64,000 nucleotides of DNA from Octopus vulgaris (Eukaryota). Below, piece after piece: positions 14,202 to 28,947 of the stretch (positions are counted from its first letter, which is position 1; each line of letters starts with the position of its first letter). The translations under genes and the position numbers were made by a program. Where the stretch lies: contig OX597836.1 in the NCBI GenBank assembly GCA_951406725.2, positions 3,100,001 to 3,164,000 of the forward strand, given 5' to 3'. Below the pieces are notes generated by a model. The model ran no database searches. It worked only from the letters and a program-made list of their open reading frames with translations, and had not been told where the DNA came from.

Positions 14202-14907
14202 GCATACATGTGTGTGTGTACTTCTCTGTCACTCTCTTTCTTTCCCTGTCTCACACGCACATACACAAATCTTGATTGAGGGGAACAGACACCGCTGAGT
14301 ACATTATAGATAGGCAAACGCACAGACTATTAGAGATTCCGTTGTGAAAGTTCTTTATGGTTCTACTTTTGTTGTTATTATATTCAATACCACCAAGTAA
14401 TATTTTATTAATATTCTATTTCGTTGACTTATTACTAACGCATTGTACTAAAACTTCGGGAACAATATTGCAATGACTCCAAAATTTCTGAAAAATATTT
14501 TATGACTTGCTTTGATCGTATTTATCTTTGTTAGTATTATTAGAATGAGCTTGCAATGTGTGAAGGTTATTTTCTGATCTCTATTTTCAATGATATCTAT
14601 AGTTAATTCGAGTGAATAAACGCTATTTGATTTCAGTTATCATCGCCTGCAATTAATCTATTTGTTCTGTCCTTCTGGCTGTCATCTCTCTTCTTTTTAT
14701 CTTCTTACCGAGTAGACCTATCATCGCACAAGTTCTAAATATTCCTACACTGCTAACTTCTCGGATATGTTATTACGTTGATTAAAGTTGAAATCCACAA
14801 TGTATCATGAAAGAGGCTTTATTTCCTACTCTATCGAATGGGGTACGGAATGAACCTCAAATACAGGAAAGCATTGAAATGAATCCGTACAGAAAGCCTG
14901 ATACACC

Positions 14908-15088
14908 TTTGTCTTGTCTTGAGACAGCATTCACCCGGGGTGGGTTGAGCTGGCTTCATTCATCCTCAATGCTGCATCTCTCACAAACGCCGACCAGTCC
15001 TGGCGATTTGAGGCTAACGACCGCGTGACCTCCAACCACTCCTTATTCCAGCGGCGAACGCCGTAGATATGGGAGCTTCGATACACCT
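14908..15088 (-). mobile_element. 3' end of an RTE-clade LINE
   Basis: Open minus frame YGVRRWNKEWLEVTRSLASNRQDWSAFVRDAALRMNEASSTHPG* (stop at 14931-14933), followed by a very short 3' UTR and a (CAAGA)n tail, as is typical of RTE ends. Confidence 0.75.
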
Positions 15089-15785
15089 TGTGTCTTTTTC
15101 GCGATAACATATTCTGAGATTTCTATAATTGTTTCCAATTTCTTTCCCTTATTTTTCGATTCTAACTAAGATGCATTTCCTATTCATTTCAACTTTTTGC
15201 TTGCAAAGAATATCTAAGCTCGATGTATTTCAATATTACCATTTTTTTCTCTTTTGTTTCCACTTTCAGGTTTGTTCAGGCAAAATTGACACGCACACAA
15301 ACGTGTATTGCATGCATTTGTGTATGGGGTCTGTGTGTGTGTATATATATCTATGCGTTTATAAAAGTAAGTGAATTTGCATACACCCATGTATAGATAC
15401 ACGCATGTACATAAACATAGTGAAATAGAAACACAGACACATGTACTCACATAAATGTATATTTATACACATGTATACATGTGTATGTATATATAGATAT
15501 ATAAATATAGATAAATACACATATATATACATGTATATAAAAATGAATTAAATGAATATATACACATACATACATACATTCATTCATTCGTACATACATA
15601 TGTACAGCCTCAAACATATATTTATAAAAAACATGAAGACATCAATATATCTATACATATCTATATATGCACATACGACCGTGTCAGCATTGTTATATAA
15701 TTATACAACCATAAGTGTAAATATATATGCATTCATATATATATATATATATATACACACGTTCGCAAACTTATAACCATTGCCT

Positions 15786-15840
<55 letters not shown>

Positions 15841-15910
15841 GTACAAATGTTTATATATGTATATATCTATATATACATATTCATGAACGTATGTAAGTAT
15901 ATATTCATGC

Positions 15911-15951
<41 letters not shown>

Positions 15952-16735
15952 GTGTATGCATAGACACACATATATATATATATGTGTATATATGTGTGCG
16001 TGCATGTATATATACATATATATATATATATTATATATGTATGTATATATGTGTGTATATATATATATCCTCATACGAGGCGTCGTTCACTTATTCAAAA
16101 TGCAACATTCTTTTCTTCAGCAAAAATAGAAATCTAAGTTCACAGAGACATCATGATTTCGCTGACGTTCGTTCCTTTTCTTTTTTTTTTCACTTCATAT
16201 CCTTTATCGTAATACGATTTTGTCTTTGAAATTTCAAAAAAAAATATACAAATATTTACATTCCAATTTTATTCTTTTATTCCTATTTTTCCTTTACGTC
16301 ATTTTTGTTCTTTAGTTCGGTATATTTCTGATACGATTTTATCATATCAAAATTTAACTTACATCATTATACTTTTTTTTATTTCAATACTTCGCTTTAT
16401 CACTTTACATAATTAGATATTGCACGATTCTGTATTTATTTTAATCCTGAACCATCATAGACCCGGAAGATATTAATCTAGACGCACATTTATAGAATCG
16501 GGAAATATCAGATAGTAGCGATGATAAGAAATTCGCTTCTAACCCATTCGGTTTATCATATGATCGCACTGTATAGGGCAAAACTATGTTTCTTCTATCA
16601 TAGACACGGATTGATGAAAAAAATATACTTGCGAGTGAATACGTTAGACGGAAATTTAAAGAAGCCCAACGGAGAGCGTGAGAATATCTTCGCTGTTGCG
16701 GTTGGCAGCTTTAAAACAAGTTTCGATTTGATACC

Positions 16736-16966
16736 TATTTCTTTGCTACCCACAAGGGGCTAAACACAGAGGAGACAAACAAGGACAGACAGACGGATTA
16801 AGTCGATTACATCGACCCCAGTGCGTAACTGGTACTTAATTTATCGAACCTGAAAGAATGGAAGACAAAGTCGACCTCGGCGGAATTTGAACTCAGAACG
16901 TAGCGGCAAACGGAATACGGCTACGCATTTCGCCCGGCGTGCTAACGTTTCTGCCAGCTCACCGCC
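16736..16966 (-). mobile_element. Full-length tRNA-derived SINE (family A here) with ~16 bp target-site duplication
   Basis: Head ggcggtgagctggcagaaacgttagc with B-box gagttcaaattcc; nearly colinear with 53990-54222. Flanks gtttcgatttgatacc (16720-16735) and gtttcgctttaatacc (16969-16984) match 14/16. Confidence 0.9.
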
Positions 16967-17174
16967 TTGTTTCGCTTTAATACCGCCACCGGACACGTTG
17001 ATGTTGCAGTGGTGTCTAGATTATTGGCTGCAAGCGAGATGCACTTCTGGCATGTGTATAAATATATCCCATTCTGCAAATTGTCTAGCTGCTCCTCTTT
17101 CCTCCAATAATTCTATGACAAAAAACAGGTAATAATCTACTTAATAATGGCTTCAAATTATTGTGCGAGAGGGG

Positions 17175-17305
17175 GGTCAGTTGATTACATCGACCCGCAG
17201 TATTCAACTGGTATCTATTTTATCAATTCCGAAAGGATGAAAGGAAAAGTCGTCGTTTCGCAACAGAACTCAGAATGTGAAGAAAGATAAAATGTCACCA
17301 AGAAT
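17175..17305 (-). mobile_element. Degenerate SINE family A fragment
   Basis: gattacatcgaccc..gtattcaactggta..tttatc..gaaaggatgaaagg matches the central part of 16736-16966. Confidence 0.7.
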
Positions 17306-17836
17306 TTTGTTTTGTTCAATATCCTTAAAACAAACCTTATTCAAGGACCCTTTGAGCGGACCGGGCTACTCGACCTGAAGAAACTTCTGACTAGACATCA
17401 CCTGTAAGGTCATGTGCTGTTAATCTTGATATGAGATCACATATGGTTGTGATGCATGTGCCTGGTGTATCCTTATCAGACAGGTAATCGTGATATTTAT
17501 TACTTTTTTTCTTCTAACTTATGTCCATTGTGTGGAAATCTTTCGTCGCACATTTGTGACCTCAGCGAGGAGTAATAAAAGAGTGAAGAACGAATGTATA
17601 TCGAGTGTTTATATTTTGCAAAAAAGTAAAAATGTGACCATCTCGAAACAGTTCAATGTATGTTTCGACACACGATTTCACATCAAGAATCTGGCAACAG
17701 AATTCATAAAGACTATATGTATATATATATATATAATGGTATTTTTATATAAGCTTTAAGCTTATATAAAAATACAATTATTTTAGTTACAGGATTGTAA
17801 ATCACGGCGCCGTAATAAAACACCATTCGTTCCGAA

Positions 17837-17887
<51 letters not shown>

Positions 17888-18342
17888 CGCGCGCGTGTGT
17901 GTCTACACTCAGTAGCAGCAGATTGTGCGAGAGTAAACTGGGATAAGAAAAGGTGTCTCGTTCGCTTGATTTGCAGTTTTCTCGTCATAATATTTTGATG
18001 AAATGGTGAGAGCTGTAAAAGGTCCTTGATGTTGGTGTTGTTGTCATTTAGATGTTCTGCTGCTGTAGTTTATTGAAATCATGCTGAAGTCTGTAATTTT
18101 TTCGAACATGCAGAATTGTTTCAGCTAAAACTTTTCTTACATTCGAAATTCCTGATGTTTTAGGAGTTTTCTCCATACGTTAAAAAACCTTTGACAGAGA
18201 ATCTGTGCAAATGATGTCTACGTTGTCACAATTACAATATACAAATTAAATTTCTCTGTTTTTTGTATACTCTACGATGATTTATACATAATGGTCAAGC
18301 AATATGGCAATAAACAATTCTTCATAATCGTCATACATTCGA

Positions 18343-18499
18343 AGGAGTGATTGTGTAGTAAGTAACTTTCTTACCGACCACATGGTTCCGGGTTCAATCC
18401 AACTGCATGGCACCTTGGCCAAGTGTCTTCTACTACAGCCTCGGGCCGACCAAAGCCTTGTGAGTGGATATGGTAGTCGGAAACTGAAAGAAACCCGTC

Positions 18500-18500
<1 letters not shown>
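18343..18500 (+). mobile_element. tRNA-derived CORE-like SINE head (family B here)
   Basis: B-box ggttcaatcc, then ggcaccttggccaagtgtcttctactacagcctc (resembles the CORE domain), ending gaaactgaaagaaacccgtcg into (TA)n. Several copies occur in this window. Confidence 0.85.
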
Positions 18501-18543
<43 letters not shown>

Positions 18544-18751
18544 CAGGGTGAATACTTGATAATTGTAAGCACCTGTATATGGCATTTAGTGGTGTAGGTG
18601 ATAGAGTATACATGTCCTTGAAGTAGCAATTGTACGCGGCTGAAGAACGCTATAGGCACACATTTACATCAATTATGCATTGTTATAAACCGTCTAATAA
18701 AGGCCCGAAACATATGTACCGCTAAATCCTTTGCATCATGTTTTTATTTTG

Positions 18752-18800
<49 letters not shown>

Positions 18801-19119
18801 TGTGTATGTATGTGTGTGTGTATCTAAGCCGTTAGAAAACCGATTATAACAGCCACTCCTAGGGAAACCTGAAGAAGGAATTCTTATTCCGAAATATCAC
18901 TTCAGACAATCGATGATTAAATTACAGCATTTCGTGTTTGTATTACAATGCATTGTTGTGTCATTCTAAACATTTTACTCTTCAAAACTTAAAGACTCAG
19001 AATCCGAATGAAATACTACTAACCATTTTGTTTGGTTTATTAAAGTTTTTGCCTGATCGCAGCCTTCTTATGTGATTATAGAAGTCTAAAATGTCGGCCC
19101 AGGGACAGGGATTTGGCGG

Positions 19120-19530
19120 GGTGGGGGTTTATTGGATCACATCGACCCCAGTACTTGATTGGTACTTAATTCATCGATCCTGAAATGATGGAAAATGAAG
19201 TCGACCTCGGTGGTGTTTGAAGTCAAAGCGTAAAGACGTGTGAGTTGCCGCAACCTAACCCATCGGGCCCACTACCGACTGTAGCTGCTCACCGCCTCCT
19301 CATTCGATGATAATCGTCTCTACTATAGGCTCTAGACATTAAATTTTGTGGGGAAGGGTACTTCGATTACGTCGACCCCAGTACTCAACTGGTACTTATT
19401 TTATTGACCCCTGAAAAAAAAAAAAGAAAATTCGACCTCAGCAGAACTTGAACTCGTTAGGTAAAGCCAGACGAAATGCCACTTAATATTTTATCCGGCA
19501 TACCAAAGAGTCTACCACATCACCGACATT
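19120..19530 (-). mobile_element. Two tandem degenerate SINE family A copies (~19125-19297 and ~19350-19525)
   Basis: Each has tcgaccccagtact..tggtactta..tcgacctc motifs shared with 16736-16966. Confidence 0.75.
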
Positions 19531-21504
19531 TTCCTTTTTTTTTTTGCGGTGGTGCTAGCATAGCAATACCGAAACAGATCTGGTGTAGTGAACCGCATTT
19601 GTTGAACTATTTGAATAAAGTAATTAATTTGGTAATAATATTCCATCTTCGCTGCATATTTATTTCGAGTTACCATTTTAAAGTCCCGTACATTTAATAT
19701 GTCAACAATAATTTTAATAGAGATTTGAATATGATATGAACAGTTCTCGCTGAACATTCTTGTCAAAACCGAATAAAAGTAAAAAAAAAAAATCGTTTAA
19801 TCGATTAAATTTCTATTTCTATTTTCCTCTTTCGCAAGACGAGTGACCTAGAATAACCTCATCGCCTCTACTAAAAACAGAATAGTGTTGTTGTTTAGCC
19901 CCAGGTCAGCTGTGACCAAGCAGAGTTAAAATAAAAGATGGTTAAGCTTGTACGTTACTCTTACATCACTAATAAAAGGCACATCTTTATTTCGGGAGGG
20001 AACAATTTCTTTCCCTTCGTCTCAATCCAGATAGAATTGCATTTAAATAACGAATAAAATGAGTTTGCTTACGTGTGGATGAATTTTAATTATTCATAAA
20101 ATATTGTTTGGCATGAGGCTAGCAATTTCAGGGGTTCCTATTTTATCAACCGCGTTAGAATGAAAGGCAAAAATCGATCCCGGTGCAATTTGAACTCAGG
20201 ATGTGTATATATAAAGTCCTTTCATATACACGTGTGTATATATGAAAAAAATGAGAGCACAGACACACCTGTAAGCAAATGAGGTTCATAATCGTTTATA
20301 TTTTCTCATCCCACACTACTGCCCTGTATTCGACTGAAGCTTCATCTAGAGAGGTAAGCCCCGAAACGGCGCGCATTCCCTCCTGATGACCCCATTGGCT
20401 TGCTGTCTTCCGATATGTGGAGCTTCCGACTGGTAGCACTTGCATGTGTACGTTGGTTGCAGCGCACATATATTGAGTCATTACACCAGGTTCTTAGTAC
20501 AAAAATGCTTAAGGCGATATACATGCATCGGCGACGGATACAGAGCTTACTTCAACCAAATTCATTCGGCCATTTTGTTCCGAGACCTGGTCGTACGTAG
20601 ATAAAAACTTGCTCAAGGTAAAGAATAGTTATGAAACTTAATCCTATTCAACATGGATGTGAAGTGACTGCTTTAACCACACAGCCATTTTTGCACCCAA
20701 AGTTTTGTAAAACTATTATCTACGGATAATACGAAGGTGTTTTCCTGTTGTTTTCGTACCAGGTGTTTCATACAATCCCACATCATATTGATTAGAAAAT
20801 AACTGGTTTGACGCATAAGGCTTGAAACTCGCAATGCCAAGATGCGAAATAAATGAAGCTGTAACAATCCTGTCACAGTAATAACTATCCTGCGCTGGTA
20901 ATTCATAGATGTAGGAAGGCTAAAACGTAATCATAAGTGGAATTTGAGATCAGAAGACAAACTACCTACGACATATTTTAGCTTATGCTCTACTCAATCA
21001 GCTGTTAAATCTAATTGTTTTTTTTTTGTTTTTTTAGTAATATATTCGTGGGTGTATTCACTGAATAAGAGTCGGGTGCGGGTGACTACAAGAAAGTCTT
21101 CGATTAAAAATTTACTCGACGAGAACATGTTTGTTTGAGGCGAAATATTAAGAAGAAAAACTGAATTATATATTTTCAGGTTACGACAAATGGCAGTAAT
21201 AATCAACCGGAAATGCACACTATTCTTAGAAACGAATCAAAGAATTTAGTGAATATAACAATTGATATGGTATAGCAGTAAAAATGGGGTTCACGTGTTA
21301 GCAAAACTAAAGCGGGTAGGGAAAATAGGTATAGATTTGTATAATGAGATCCTTTGTCATTTACGGCTAACTCATGGTAGCCATTAGCATCATAAATTCA
21401 GTGAGAACAAAGAGGAGATTCTGAACGTTGTTAACCCTATAGGTGAAAATATGGAGAGATTTCAAAGTATTCTAACGGTAATATTACGTTTTAATACATG
21501 TATT

Positions 21505-21554
<50 letters not shown>

Positions 21555-21776
21555 ATGTGTGTATGTATGAGGAAATATATGTATCAATGTGTGTATGATT
21601 ATGTAAACGTGTGCGTGTGTGTGTGTCTTTTCCATGTGTAACCAAGCGCGCGCACACACACACTCGTATGCGTGCGTGTAATAATATAATGGATAAGTAT
21701 ATGAATATAATATGAATGCGGACATACATATATCTATATGTCTATCTATCCTTATATCTATCTATCTATCTCTCTC

Positions 21777-21811
<35 letters not shown>

Positions 21812-21814
21812 ATG

Positions 21815-21858
<44 letters not shown>

Positions 21859-21898
21859 TGGATTCATATATATATAATATGGATGTATATATATTGGA

Positions 21899-21945
<47 letters not shown>

Positions 21946-22058
21946 ATATATGTATGTATATATATATATATATGTATGTATATATGTATGTATATATGTA
22001 TGTATATATGTATGTATGTATATGTATGTATGTATATATATGTATGTATGTATGAATG

Positions 22059-22089
<31 letters not shown>

Positions 22090-23041
22090 ATATGCCTGTA
22101 TGTATGAATGTATCTGTCAGTTTCTATATGTATAATTTAAATTATATTTCCTTGTCAGATTTCGTTACTTTTCGAAGAAGTATTTTCTTTCCTTTTGCTA
22201 GTTTTTATTATTTATTTATTCTTTTTTTTTTTTTTGCAGTTTATTCACTAATTTCATTTTATTCCACCCTTTCCCATCACTCTTATCTCTTCTTTACTCT
22301 CTTCGTCCCTGTCTTCAATCAATCAATCTTTATGAAATTCTTTCAGCTTCAAAAGCAAGAAATCATTTTCGTAATTTTTATTGTTCTTTACAATTTTTTT
22401 GTTTTGTTTTATTATTGGAAACACAGCGAAATGTATCAGCCAAATGCTTCGTTTAATCAAAGTTGATGAGTGTCTAAAGTATCGCCGTAATTAAATCACA
22501 AGTGACAAAGAAAGTATGCTTTTTTTAAAACTACAGACACACAGACACACACAAACACACACACAAATATATATATATGCATATACACACACACACGCAC
22601 ATGCACAGACACACACACACACAGACACACCTACACACATATATATATTTAGGAATATGCATATACAATTTCTCTATATATTTATACATACAACATGCAT
22701 ACATAAAGCCAGGAACCGCCATACTAATTTTTCTTTGAAATCACATTTACTCACTCTCCTTGTCTCTCTCTGTTTCCCCTCTGTCGTCTCTCTCTCTCTC
22801 TCTCCCTCGAATGATCTTGTTCATACTTGCTTTTCGTCAATCATTCCCCCCCTTACCACTATGGCCATACTGTTGCTTACACGCTCTTTTCAATGGAGAT
22901 AGTTTTTTAGTCAGTTATATAATTTTTTAAATAATTTTTGTCCCCCGTGCTTTGATTTTAATAATTAGTTTTGGTTTTGGTAAGATTATTCATATCTTCT
23001 CTCGTATTTATTGTGTCAAACACGTATACACTTACACAGAA

Positions 23042-23092
<51 letters not shown>

Positions 23093-23221
23093 CATACATA
23101 CATACATACATACATCCATACATATATATATACATATATATACATACGCATATATATATATATGCATATGCATATATATGTGTATATATATATATATATA
23201 AATACATATGCATGTATGCGT

Positions 23222-23294
<73 letters not shown>

Positions 23295-23716
23295 CATACA
23301 TACACATATACATATATATAAAACATGGTTTTATATGTATATACTTATATATAAAACACGGATACATATATATATATATATATATATACATACATATATA
23401 TATATGAATATATAGATACGTGCATACATATATACATGTATATATAAATATATATATGTATGTATGTAAGTTCATGTATGTGTACACACACACATCATCA
23501 CACATTTGCCAAACTATACATAGTTTGTATGTATGTCTCCTACTTATGTATAAATTTATGGTTATATATTATCATTTCTAACGTTGGCAGAAAGCCATGG
23601 AGTTAGCGGGTGGGGCTTACGTCGACTACATCGACCCCAGAGTACAACATGTACTACTTTGTGTACTGAATTGCGTGCAACAGACTGAGAAAGAGCATCA
23701 GCTGCATCAGTATTAG

Positions 23717-23742
23717 TATTAGTAGTAGTAGTAGTAGTAGTT

Positions 23743-23800
<58 letters not shown>

Positions 23801-23831
23801 AAGCAGTAGTAGCAGCAGTAGTAGCAGCAGC

Positions 23832-23869
<38 letters not shown>

Positions 23870-23897
23870 AAGCAGTAGTAGTAGAAGCAGCAGTAGA

Positions 23898-23960
<63 letters not shown>
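23717..23960. repeat. Compound (AGT)n/(AGC)n microsatellite
   Basis: Directly visible; explains the poly-Tyr/Cys ORF at 23719-23970. Confidence 0.98.
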
Positions 23961-24776
23961 TACCTTTCACTTATGCTCTATCTATGAATTGTTCAATGTG
24001 TGTTTGTGTAAAACAGAACGTGGTATGAGTATCTAGGAGTAAGTGAGTCAAGAAATTCGTTTTGCTTTATGTAAATAGGGGACGATCGTGTTTTGTGTAA
24101 TCGGGAACAATATCCTTATTTTGCATCTACCAACGAATATTGCTACGTGTAGCTTGGAGATGATTTGCTTTTCTGCATCTAAGACAATTCGTGGTAGATT
24201 TGCCTTACTATTTCATTTTGGAATCATTAACGCGATATTTGAGCGAGATTGTCTGCGCCTTACGTGAGAGAGAGAGAGCACGGGCTTCAAAGATTCTTGG
24301 TTCATTCATATTGAGATAATTGATGTTATTGCTATTAACTAACCCCAGAGTGACCTATGCTGAATACTTTTCACTCGATGGAAAACGCGAGTGCTTTTCT
24401 TGAAGCCAACTTTCTTCAAAGTACCCGATTACGTCTCAAACATATATCTAAATCCGTGTGGGTTAATTGTCAGAAATGTTAAAGCGCTGCATAAATTACT
24501 TGTATTATTTACAGCAATTTCCTGCCTACCTTCAGCTCATGAGGACATCGCCATTATCTGGTTACATTAAACATTCAAACGAACCGAAGTACACGGCGAT
24601 CGCTGACAGACGCGTATAATGTAATGCATAAAACGTTTAGAACACCCATTGACTGTCTATTTTTCTCCCAATCTTCTCCTATTGCGGATCAATCTATCAC
24701 TCTCCTCTGTCTCTCTCTTTGTATCTATCCATCGTTTTCTCTTATGTCGCAATACGTCTACTTCTTTATTTCAATA

Positions 24777-25149
24777 CTAGCAGTATTGCCCGGCGTTGCT
24801 CGGGTATGTTTCGACACTTAAGAGTTGGAATTTTTGAAAAGTAAAACTTTTGCATTATGTAGCTTGTTTTTCTCTTTAAGTGAACATTTTTCTGGTTGAA
24901 ATACACCGAAAAATGGCGACACAGCAGGGATTTTCATAGATAAAAAAAGGACCTTTTTGATGTAAATAATTTTTAGTGTTAACATGGTTCGATTTGAATT
25001 TTGTCTGCTACGGAAGGAAGAGCAAGCATTCTTTTATCATACTTTCAATTTTGGTCAACTTGCACTGCAGGGTCTCGGAGGAGGTAGTGTTAGTTGAAGG
25101 CTACCAAAACTACCATACACAGACAACTTCAGCTTTATATATATATAGA
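24777..25149 (-). mobile_element. Non-autonomous Helitron, apparently complete (373 bp)
   Basis: The minus strand starts TC(tatatatat) at 25149 and ends CTAG at 24777. It sits between host A and T with no TSD, and a GC-rich subterminal hairpin cccgagcaacgccggg lies at 24789-24804. All are established Helitron hallmarks. Confidence 0.9.
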
Positions 25150-26574
25150 TTACCTATACATACATGTATATACGCACAGGGTTTCCACACTTGCAGAGAT
25201 TAAACTCACAGAAGCATATGCATACATGTATATTTATAAGTGTATGTGTATCTGTATGCATGCTTGTATGTTAAACAGAAATGTGATATATATATATATA
25301 TGACGAAAGAGTAAAATAATTGAAAGAAAATACAAATACGCCGTGTCTTGCAGCCTGTCTGAATCAACAATAAATTTACAAAAACAAAACAAAATAAAGT
25401 AAATAAAATCTACACAAAAATCTCATAACGAAAATGACTTACACACGCAGAAGACGTAAAAGAAAATGGAAAAAGCAGACGACACTTTTTTATCGTTTTT
25501 TTGTAATAAAATTTAATATATTTACAAAAGAAAAAAATTACAATAGAATAACTAACAAGAAATTGGTTAAATATCGACTTTTTTTAGCGAGAAGCTTATT
25601 ATGTCAAGATTTCCAACACGTTTTATCAAACTCTTATCAAGTGGCAATCGAACGTGTGAGGTTTCAAACCCTGCAGGTAATAAACTGCTTCTTCATTTTT
25701 ATTTCACTTTTTATTAAGTTTCTCGATTTTGAAATTTAATATATGTTGTTATCTCCATTTGTTGTTGTTGTTGGTGGTGTTTAGTGGTTATTATTTTTTG
25801 GTTTGTTTCTTTTTTTTTTATTCATATTGACTTGTTTTTCTGTCGATAGTTGCTTCTGAAATTTGTTTTCTTCTTCATCTCGAAACAAACATATAGTGTA
25901 TAAGAATTTGTTTTCCTTTTCAATATATTTTATAGCGTTTCTAAGAACAAGGACGAGTTGACATTGAATACTCTTTACCTGAATGGAAGATCGTTCTAGC
26001 ATTCTTATTCTTATTCTGCTTCTTCCTGATCAACTAGAGATGCAAATTGTAATAAACGCCTAAGCTACCATTTCTCGGGGTTAAAGTACAGGCACTTGAC
26101 TTTTTTTTAAACATCTCAATTGTAACAAACAGAGCTATTGTTCTGAGACTTTGTTAACTGAAAAGAGAACTTATAAATAAATAGCAAAGAAGATATCAAT
26201 AGAATAGCTCGACAGTCAACTTTATAAGCCTCACTTAAAGTTCTTATGATTGGCAGAGAGATGCAACAATATACGTCTCAATAATAGCTCTTGTAAATGA
26301 GGCATGTGTGTAGTTAAAGAACAAGTTCCTATCTACAGGCTAAAATGAAAGGAGAGAACATTTTACAGTATTTAAAACTTCATCTGTGGAGTGGATATCA
26401 AATAACTCTGATATATTCTCTTCTATGATGCTGTTGTTCTTTCATCCTGAGTCAAGTTTGATAGAACGAACCTACGATCAAATGAATTCCAATCGTGTCA
26501 AACATATCGTTCTCTCAAGTGTGTTAAGGACCTCTTTAAATAAACCGTTGTACTATAAGCGGAAGGTATAAGAT

Positions 26575-26735
26575 TTCGAGGGGTGTGGTAAATCGATGAC
26601 ATCGACTCATAAATCAAAACCTTGGATTTATTTTATCGACCTAGTTGTGATGAAAAACAAAGTTTATCTCGGCGGAATATGGAATCAGAACGTAAACAAA
26701 CACCATCGTGCTAACGATCTTGGCTGCCCACTGCC
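26575..26735 (-). mobile_element. Highly degenerate SINE family A copy
   Basis: acatcgac..ttattttatcgac..ctcggcggaat..tcagaacgta..gctaacg motifs in the expected order. Confidence 0.6.
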
Positions 26736-26989
26736 CCAAACATCATTCCATAATAAGACATGTTTTCTGCCCAGCGGGGATTGAGAACGAATTAAGTATA
26801 CGTCGATTAGACAAGTGAAAGAAACCATTCCAACCGTAGCCATCATATCTTTTACTCAATCGTATCATATCCATGACATACTTTATGATGTGTCATGTAA
26901 TATTTGGAGGTTAACTTTCAGATTAATTCTTGGATTGTTGGCATTCTGTTGCATGTCCATTCCATGGGGCATATTACCACACGGATAAT

Positions 26990-27062
<73 letters not shown>

Positions 27063-27092
27063 GATACATTTGTGGGTTCCTATGTGTTCTTG

Positions 27093-27135
<43 letters not shown>

Positions 27136-27992
27136 TTTTTTATTGATCACTCCAATTCACATACATATATGTATATTTGTATACATGCATGTGTTGACAG
27201 TTTCCAGTGTCCTTTGCAATGTTTGTATTGTAAATGTGCTTATTTCGCTTTCAAAATGCTTTCGCTACTATTTTCGGTGCTCATGCAGTCGCCCAACCGT
27301 CATAAAGACACTCTCGACTTCCAGTGCATTTGGCCGAAGGGAAAATCGGAAGGTGGTAGTCAATGAGAATAGGATACAGTACTGCATCCATTTAACTTGT
27401 AAAAGACCAAGGTTTATTTCAAGGGTAGGATTATCCGACATGTAACAGCATAGTTGTATGTCATTAACAGCTCATAAATCCAGCCATACTAGCTGATTCA
27501 TAGTGACGCACGGCTGTGAGAACATATGACAGCAGAGTTAGATTCATAATCTATGATCTAACGGTAAGAGATAGGAATAAAAGTGCAGTTATAAACATGT
27601 CTGCGTTGGAGTGTATCTATACATGTATGTAACTCTATCTCTCTCTCCTTCTGGCTGTCTGGGTGGCTGGCTTTCCCTTTATCTCTCTCTATCTCTCTTT
27701 ATCTATCTATCTCTCTATCTATATAGAATCCCGAGATCAACAGGGAGTTACCGGTACCTAGCTGGTTGCTACAGCAACACACTTCTGCGCACGTGCACCC
27801 CACACACGCTTCTACACATGCACATCGGCAACATTCGTCAATTTCTTGAAAATGGAATCATAACCCCGAAATATTGAATACAAGGTAAGTCTACATTAAT
27901 TCACATATTTGTTTTCTTGTGATTTACCTTGCATTTACTTCGCATCGTTTTGGCCTCACCCACGATCCTTTATACAATATATCTATGTGTGT

Positions 27993-28227
27993 TAAATAAT
28001 GAGATACTTTTGACAATCGAACAATTTATTTATATTATAATATTACATGGTATACTATGAATATAATATAACATAAACAATTATTTCAGAAAAAAAAACG
28101 TAAAAGGCCAATAAATTGCTTCGCATTATATGCATTTTTTTGATATATGTACACAATAAGAGTGTATCATGTAATATTATATTATAAATAAATTATTGCA
28201 TTGTCAATAATAGTATCTCTCTATTTA
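27993..28227. mobile_element. MITE-like element with ~65 bp terminal inverted repeats
   Basis: Arm 27993-28056 is an imperfect reverse complement of arm 28161-28227; AT-rich ~105 bp spacer. Confidence 0.75.
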
Positions 28228-28356
28228 GTTTATCTTTGTAATTGCATGACACCAATATTTATATGCTATCCTACTGAAGTACCGAAGTACCAGTGAATTG
28301 GATGTTTAACACTCCCCTTTGAAGAATGTATATTCCTCATTTTGTTAATACCCCCC

Positions 28357-28437
<81 letters not shown>

Positions 28438-28439
<2 letters not shown>

Positions 28440-28701
28440 TCACCAAAGTGCAAACAGGAAATACGTAATGAAACTAGTTAAATACGTAAATAACGAGAGA
28501 AAAAATTGAAAACAGGACAAATAAACACAGAGAAATGATCTTTCATCAGTTGTCGGTTATCTATCTACTCCTCATTTCGAGCATTCAACGACAGTATGAG
28601 TCTTCAAAGACAGTTGCTCCCATAAATGCTAAAATAAAATTGACGATTTATGGAGGGTCAAAGTTGGGAACAAAAACGGGAGAGTGGAGACATATATATG
28701 C
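28438..28701 (-). mobile_element. Short interspersed element in a TA tract, possibly a Penelope-type terminal repeat remnant
   Basis: Complex sequence following (TA)n. The minus strand has tgaaga..gctcgaaatg and ctgatgaa motifs reminiscent of 60743-60960, but decayed. Confidence 0.35.
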
Positions 28702-28871
28702 GTGAAATTGAATTGATAAATGTGAAATTGAATTGATTATGTGTGATTGAATTAATTAATGAACAAATGCATGCATAAAAACACACACATATACATATAA
28801 ACAAATATATATATTTACATATAAAAATATATACAGATACAGATCTATATGTATATATATCTATATGCATT

Positions 28872-28947
<76 letters not shown>

